From Anaerolineales bacterium (lineage in GTDB: Bacteria; Chloroflexota; Anaerolineae; Anaerolineales; UBA6663), in contig JAEURK010000008.1 of NCBI GenBank assembly GCA_016789175.1, positions 1 through 63,240 on the forward strand: DNA of 63,240 bases, in the 5' to 3' direction. The notes beneath the pieces are model-generated. The model saw only the letters and a program-made list of their open reading frames with translations, did not search any database and was not told where the DNA came from. Both the position numbers and the translations under genes were made by a program. Positions 58,913 to 63,240 of the stretch are shown here, piece after piece; within the stretch, counting starts at the first letter, position 1; the number at the start of each line of letters is the position of its first letter.

Positions 58913-59737
58913 ATGTCTTCGATCCGGCGCGCGGCCATCGATTTCGGCATCACCAACACCGACATCCTCGTGGAGGTCGACGGCGAACAGCGGCACTGGA
59001 TGCTGCCCAGCCGCGGCATGCCGGACGCCGGCCGGGTGGCCGAGGTGCTGGCCTCGGGCGGCGTGGCTCTGGCAGACGTCACGGCGCTGGCGGCCACAGG
59101 CGGTCGCAGCCGTCAGTTGCCCGATCATCTGGGCCGCACGGCGGTGACTGTCGTGGGCGAGATGGCGGCCATCGGGCGTGGCGGGCAGATCGCAACCGGG
59201 TCCGGGGCCGAGCCGTTGCTGGTCGTCAGTTGCGGCTCCGGCACGGCCGCTGTGGCGGCCCGCGGCCCCGAATACGCGCACGTCAGCGGGACGGGCGTCG
59301 GCGGCGGCACCCTGCAAGGGCTGGGCCGGCTGCTGCTCGGCACCGCCGACCCGCGTGTCATCGACGCCCTGGCCGCGACCGGTGATCGCAACGGCGTCGA
59401 CCTGGCGCTCGGCGACGTCGTCGGAGCGGGTATCGGCCTGCTCCATGCCGACACCACCGCCGTTAACTTCGGCCGAATCGGGCGTGAGGACTTTCCGCCC
59501 CGGCGCGAGGACGTCGCAGCCGGGCTGGTCACCCTGGTCGGTCAGACGATCGGCCTGATTGCCATCAACGCCGCCCGAGCGCAAGCGATCAACAGGATCC
59601 TGCTGATCGGGCGCCTGCTCGACCTCCCCACCCTGCAGGACGCGATCCTCAAGGTGGGAGGCCTGTATGGTGTGACGCTCGACGTCGCGCCCAATCCTGG
59701 TTATGTCACGGCCTTAGGAGCCTTGTACCATTTGTGA
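58913..59737 (+). CDS. ASKHA-fold kinase, type II pantothenate kinase (Fumble)-like
   Basis: Trimmed to ATG 58913. AAIDFGITNTD (phosphate-1 motif), ATGG, VSCGSGTA and VSGTGVGGGTLQGLGRLLLG resemble type II PanK/Fumble proteins. The assignment is from motif memory only. Confidence 0.55.
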   Translation: MSSIRRAAIDFGITNTDILVEVDGEQRHWMLPSRGMPDAGRVAEVLASGGVALADVTALAATGGRSRQLPDHLGRTAVTVVGEMAAIGRGGQIATGSGAEPLLVVSCGSGTAAVAARGPEYAHVSGTGVGGGTLQGLGRLLLGTADPRVIDALAATGDRNGVDLALGDVVGAGIGLLHADTTAVNFGRIGREDFPPRREDVAAGLVTLVGQTIGLIAINAARAQAINRILLIGRLLDLPTLQDAILKVGGLYGVTLDVAPNPGYVTALGALYHL

Positions 59738-59810
59738 TTTGTGATTTGTGATTTGTGATTGAGGTTTGGGCTCAACACAGATCGCAAATCGCAAATTGCA
59801 AATCACAAAT
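59730..59810. repeat. AT-rich heptamer-array hairpin ((ATTTGTG)x4 / CGCAAAT CGCAAAT TGCAAAT CACAAAT)
   Basis: 30 consecutive pairs on the plus-strand RNA (59730-59759 with 59781-59810), four of them G-U, with a 21-nt loop. The 5' arm overlaps the stop codon at 59735-59737, and the 3' arm ends 4 nt before the GT2 ATG. Confidence 0.75.
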
Positions 59811-59814
59811 CGCT

Positions 59815-60771
59815 ATGACTCGACCCAAATACTCGATCGTCGCCCCGGTCTTCAACGAAGAAGAGACGCTGCCCGTGTTCTACGAACGCATGGCCGGCGT
59901 CATGGACAAGCTCGACGGGCCGTGTGAGCTGGTGCTGGTCTTCGACGGCAGCCGCGACAGGTCGCCCGAGATCGGGCGGCAGCTGCGGGAGAAGGATGCG
60001 CGCATCAAGATCATCGACTTCGCGCGCAACTTCGGGCACCAGATCGCGATCACGGCCGGCATCGACTATGCCGAGGGCGACGCGGTCGCGATCATCGACT
60101 CGGATCTGCAGGACCCGCCCGAGGTGATCCTGGACCTGGCCGCGAAGTGGCAGGAGGGTTATGAGGTGATCTACGCCCAGCGCCGCAAGCGCGCCGGCGA
60201 GACCTTCTTCAAGCTGTTCACAGCGGCCGCCTTCTACCGCCTGATCCGCAGCATGGCCTCGATCGAGATCCCGCAGGACACCGGCGACTTCCGCCTGATC
60301 GACCGCAAGGTCGTGCTGGTCATGCGCCAGCTGCGTGAGCACCATCGCTTCATGCGCGGGTTGTCGGTCTGGGTCGGCTTCAAACAGACCGGTGTGCTGT
60401 ATGACCGCCACGAGCGCTACGCCGGCACGACTCAATACCCGCTGCGCAAGATGATCAAGTTCGCCAGCGACGCGATCACGGGCTTCAGCTACGCGCCGAT
60501 CCAGTGGGTGACCTCGCTCGGGTTCTGGATCTCGCTGATCGCGCTCTTCAGCATCCCGGTCGTCGCGATCCTGCGCTTCTTCTACAGCGCCACGTTCTTT
60601 GAAGGCCAGGCCAGCACCCTGGTCGCCGTGCTTTTCATGGGCGGCGTCCAGCTCATCTCGGTCGGCATCCTGGGCGAATACCTCGGGCGGATCTACGAAG
60701 AGGTCAAGAAGCGCCCGCTCTACGTCGTACGTGAGGCGCCGCCCAAGCCCGAGGCCGAGGCCCCGGCATGA
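59815..60771 (+). CDS. glycosyltransferase family 2, polyprenol-phosphate glycosyltransferase-like (GtrB/ArnC/DPM1-like)
   Basis: Trimmed to ATG 59815 ([19 protein letters not shown]). DxD region [11 protein letters not shown] and two C-terminal TM helices. Confidence 0.85.
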   Translation: MTRPKYSIVAPVFNEEETLPVFYERMAGVMDKLDGPCELVLVFDGSRDRSPEIGRQLREKDARIKIIDFARNFGHQIAITAGIDYAEGDAVAIIDSDLQDPPEVILDLAAKWQEGYEVIYAQRRKRAGETFFKLFTAAAFYRLIRSMASIEIPQDTGDFRLIDRKVVLVMRQLREHHRFMRGLSVWVGFKQTGVLYDRHERYAGTTQYPLRKMIKFASDAITGFSYAPIQWVTSLGFWISLIALFSIPVVAILRFFYSATFFEGQASTLVAVLFMGGVQLISVGILGEYLGRIYEEVKKRPLYVVREAPPKPEAEAPA

Positions 60772-61250
60772 GCCTGACCCACCTCGACGAGCAGGGCAAC
60801 GCCCGGATGGTCGACGTCGGCGGCAAGGCCGACACCGAGCGTGTGGCCGTCGCGGCCGGTGAGGTGCGCATGCGGGCCGAGACCCTGGCAACGATCCGGG
60901 CCGGGCAGATCAAGAAGGGCGACGTGCTCACGACCGCCCAGCTCGCCGGCGTGATGGCTGCGAAGCGCACGTCGGACCTGATCCCGCTCTGCCACCCGCT
61001 CGCGCTCACGCACGTCGAGGTGATCTGCGAGCTGCGCGACGACCTGCCCGGCGTGGCCATCACGGCCACCGCGCGCACGACCGGCAAGACCGGCGTCGAG
61101 ATGGAGGCGCTCACGGCCGTGTCGGTCGCGGCGCTGACCGTCTATGACATGGCCAAAGCGGTCGAGAAGACGATGCAGATCACGAACGTGAGGCTGCTCG
61201 AAAAGCGCGGTGGCAAGAGCGGCCCCTGGCAGGCCGAGCGCACAGCCTAG
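60768..61250 (+). CDS. moaC: cyclic pyranopterin monophosphate synthase
   Basis: 160 aa, MoaC-like throughout ([34 protein letters not shown]). The ATG overlaps the GT2 stop by 4 nt (ATGA). Confidence 0.95.
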   Translation: MSLTHLDEQGNARMVDVGGKADTERVAVAAGEVRMRAETLATIRAGQIKKGDVLTTAQLAGVMAAKRTSDLIPLCHPLALTHVEVICELRDDLPGVAITATARTTGKTGVEMEALTAVSVAALTVYDMAKAVEKTMQITNVRLLEKRGGKSGPWQAERTA

Positions 61251-62206
61251 CGCAACACCGCGCACCCCCGCGCCTCCAATTCGGCCACCCAGCCCGGCAC
61301 GGCGGTCAGCGGGTTCCAGCGCAGATCCAGTCGCTCGAGGTTCGGCAACTCCGCCAACGCGGGCGGCAGCGTCATGAGCGCGTTCGCGCGCAGGTCAAGC
61401 CGGCGCAGCGCGTGAAGTCCCCCAAACGATTCTGGCAAGCGTGCCAAAGCGTTGAAGCGCAAGTCAAGATCGGTCAGCGCCGTAAGTTCGCCCAGCGCCT
61501 CTGGTAGATCCGTTATCTGATTGGCCTGCAGCCCCAACACACGCAGCCTCCCCAATCTGCCCACCGCAACCGGCAGGGACTCGAGCTGATTGTTAACCGC
61601 GTGCAGCTCACGCAGCCCGCTCAGGCGCCCCAGTTCCTCCGGCAGATGCGTCAGCCGATTACCCGAGACCCGCAACTCGACCAGGGCCCGCAGGTCGCCG
61701 ATCCACTCGGGCAGAGACGCGAGGTGGTTGTCGGCCAGGTTGAGGTACGTCAGACGCGTCAACTGCGAAAGCGAGTCTGGCAGGGCTGTGAGCCGGCCGT
61801 CGCTCGCATACAGGTACTCCAGCCCGGTGTTGGCACCGAGAGCGACCGGGAGCGAAACCAGCGGGTTGTGGCCGACGTCCAGCAGGCGCAGCGCTGTGTG
61901 ATGGTCGAGGCCGTGGCCGAGATCGACCAGGCGATTGGCCGAGAGGTTGAGCACCTCGAGGCGCGTCAGACCGGTCAGCCCATCCGGTGGATCGACCAGG
62001 TCGTTGTGGTAGGCGCTGAGGAAGCGGAGGCCCGCGAGCGCTCCGATCCAGTCCGGCAGGGCCGTCAGCCGGTTATGGTCGAGGTCGAGCGCCTCGAGAT
62101 CAGGGCGGTGCGGATCGAGGATGCGCTCGTGGCCCTGACCGGACAGGTCGAGGCCGCGAGCGTTGTCTGTGGCCCAACGGCTGTGTAAAGGGAGTGGCGA
62201 CGACAT
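61247..62206 (-). CDS. leucine-rich repeat protein (about 12-13 tandem 23-residue LRRs)
   Basis: 319 aa of LxxLPxxLGxLxxLxxLxLxxNxL repeats with no signal peptide or other domain. Its stop codon overlaps the moaC stop on the opposite strand (CTAG at 61247-61250). Confidence 0.8.
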   Translation of the reverse strand: MSSPLPLHSRWATDNARGLDLSGQGHERILDPHRPDLEALDLDHNRLTALPDWIGALAGLRFLSAYHNDLVDPPDGLTGLTRLEVLNLSANRLVDLGHGLDHHTALRLLDVGHNPLVSLPVALGANTGLEYLYASDGRLTALPDSLSQLTRLTYLNLADNHLASLPEWIGDLRALVELRVSGNRLTHLPEELGRLSGLRELHAVNNQLESLPVAVGRLGRLRVLGLQANQITDLPEALGELTALTDLDLRFNALARLPESFGGLHALRRLDLRANALMTLPPALAELPNLERLDLRWNPLTAVPGWVAELEARGCAVLR

Positions 62207-62278
62207 AGCCAGACCGTATCACACAGCGGGCTGGGCCCGATCCCCGGAATGGCCTGCGCGATTCTCGGCGAAATTCCG

Positions 62279-62306
62279 TTGACTTTAGCCGTGGGCACGG
62301 TAATAT
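62279..62306 (+). promoter_or_regulatory. candidate sigma-70 promoter upstream of moaD-moaE
   Basis: TTGACT (62279-62284), a 16-nt spacer, then TAATAT (62301-62306). A second -10-like TACACT (62350-62355) lies 6 nt before the ATG. Confidence 0.4.
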
Positions 62307-62361
62307 CCGGCAACATCCGGCCATTCCCGATATCGGGGCCACACCGTTGTACACTTACCCC

Positions 62362-63081
62362 ATGCAGGTCAAAATCCTCTTCTTCGCAACGCTCAAGGAT
62401 CGCGCGGGCCGAGCACAGACTGAGCTCTCGCTGCCGGACGGCGCCACGGTCGCGGCTCTGCGCGACGCGCTCGCCACAGCCCTGCCCGGTCTGACGCCGG
62501 CCCTCCCGACCGCCCTGGTGTCCGTCAATCACGAGTACGCCTTCAACGAGGACGTCCTCAAAGACGGCGATGAGGTCGCCTTGTTCCCACCCGTCTCCGG
62601 TGGAACGTTCCCCACTATCTTCAAAATCACCAACGACACCCTCGACCTCGACGCTCTGGTGGCCGCAATCACGCTCCCGAGCACCGGCGCCGCCTGCGTG
62701 TTCACGGGCATGGTGCGCGGCGTGACGACCCGCCCCGATCGCGACGCGATCGGCCCGCATGAGACCACGCGCCTGGAGTACGAGGCCTATGTGCCGATGG
62801 CCGAGGCCAAGATGAAACAGGTGGCCGACGAGATCCGCGAACGCTGGCCGACCATCGAGGGCATCGCCGTCGTCCAGCGCATCGGCCCGCTCGACCCCGG
62901 CACGCCGACGGTGCTGATCGCGTGCTCGGCCGCGCACCGCGACACCGGCGTGTTTGAGGCTGCGCGCTACGGCATCGACCGCCTCAAGGAGATCGTGCCG
63001 GTCTGGAAGAAGGAGATCGGCCCGGCCGGCCAGGTGTGGATCGAGGGGCACTACACGCCCAACGAGTCGGATCGTCAATAA
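62362..63081 (+). CDS. moaDE: molybdopterin synthase, fused sulfur-carrier (MoaD) and catalytic (MoaE) subunits
   Basis: Start placed at ATG 62362 (MQVKILFFATLKD). The MoaD-like 81 aa end in ...FPPVSGG (Gly80-Gly81) and continue directly into a MoaE-like domain (GAACVFTGMVRG ... LEYEAY ... IVPVWKKE). Confidence 0.85.
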   Translation: MQVKILFFATLKDRAGRAQTELSLPDGATVAALRDALATALPGLTPALPTALVSVNHEYAFNEDVLKDGDEVALFPPVSGGTFPTIFKITNDTLDLDALVAAITLPSTGAACVFTGMVRGVTTRPDRDAIGPHETTRLEYEAYVPMAEAKMKQVADEIRERWPTIEGIAVVQRIGPLDPGTPTVLIACSAAHRDTGVFEAARYGIDRLKEIVPVWKKEIGPAGQVWIEGHYTPNESDRQ

Positions 63082-63150
63082 GGGGAAAGACGGGGTGCTC
63101 CGTGGGTTGGGGCTTCGCCCCGACCCACGGAGCACCCCGTCTTTCCCCTT
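63080..63150. terminator. 34-bp hairpin after moaDE
   Basis: AAGGGGAAAGACGGGGTGCTCCGTGGGTTGGGGC pairs with GCCCCGACCCACGGAGCACCCCGTCTTTCCCCTT, with one G-U and a 3-nt loop. It starts inside the TAA stop, and its apex GGGGCTTCGCCC is identical to the apex of the 2152-2219 hairpin. Confidence 0.7.
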
Positions 63151-63161
63151 ATAATTTAGCC

Positions 63162-63240
63162 ATGATGACCTTCAAATGCACCAGCTGCGGGCGACCACAG
63201 CCGCACCCCTTCACCGGCTTCCGGTGCCCCACCGGCACCC
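63162..63240 (+). CDS. 5' end of an unidentified CDS (Cys-rich N-terminus), truncated by the window edge
   Basis: ATG at 63162 lies 6 nt after a perfect TATAAT (63150-63155). MMTFKCTSCGRPQPHPFTGFRCPTGT looks like a zinc-ribbon start. Too short to assign. Confidence 0.3.
   Translation, partial: MMTFKCTSCGRPQPHPFTGFRCPTGT

Noticed and set aside
62207-62361. Moco riboswitch upstream of moaDE
   Set aside because: I could not recognise the conserved Moco-motif helices or loops. The leader after the candidate promoter is only about 50 nt, and a -10-like box sits 6 nt from the ATG.
62065-63135. 356-aa minus-strand ORF opposite moaDE and reaching into the LRR gene
   Set aside because: It is an antisense shadow that also translates the 63080-63150 hairpin.

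Overview
High-GC (roughly two-thirds G+C by eye), densely coding chromosomal core segment: about 50 protein genes on both strands, one tRNA-Leu(UAA) and a small 4.5S-type SRP RNA. The gene content suggests a monoderm-like high-GC lineage, tentatively Chloroflexota. It includes a sortase, LCP, G5/3D and M23 wall enzymes, MutS2, a multi-GAF hybrid kinase and many TAnAAT-N6-ATG starts. The lineage call is inference, not a search result. Recognisable genes, in order: an ECF sigma/anti-sigma pair with a sortase; an aldo/keto reductase; three M42 aminopeptidase paralogues with pdxH; a transglutaminase-like membrane protein; mutS2; mutM; a tandem-duplicated eukaryote-type phosphofructokinase; cydA, cydB and a fused cydDC; a thioredoxin-TPR protein; rsmA; a GT4 glycosyltransferase; pepT; an M23 wall hydrolase; an LCP-CBM9 protein; a 2385-aa hybrid histidine kinase with 8 GAF domains; rpoC without an adjacent rpoB; two tandem diguanylate cyclases; an ABC-2 transporter; prfB with its programmed +1 frameshift; ftsY; a GT2 glycosyltransferase; moaC; an LRR protein; and a moaD-moaE fusion. 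I found no transposase, integrase, phage, CRISPR-Cas, toxin-antitoxin or known defence genes, and no convincing novel multigene protein system. The most unusual content is non-coding. (1) About eleven intergenic loci consist of a short motif repeated 3-4 times in tandem, a loop, then the reverse-complement motif repeated 3-4 times. They include an AT-rich GATTGTT/TTTGTGA type, a polypurine GGGAGGA type, and 10-bp-periodic CACGAAT and CACGGAT types. (2) A ~600-nt gene-free region next to the SRP RNA carries two of these arrays and a 14-nt direct repeat. (3) Five very long near-perfect GC hairpins sit at gene ends. (4) A consensus promoter followed by a canonical terminator lies in the rpoC leader. 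Many long ORFs in the track are antisense or alternative-frame shadows typical of high-GC DNA and were rejected.
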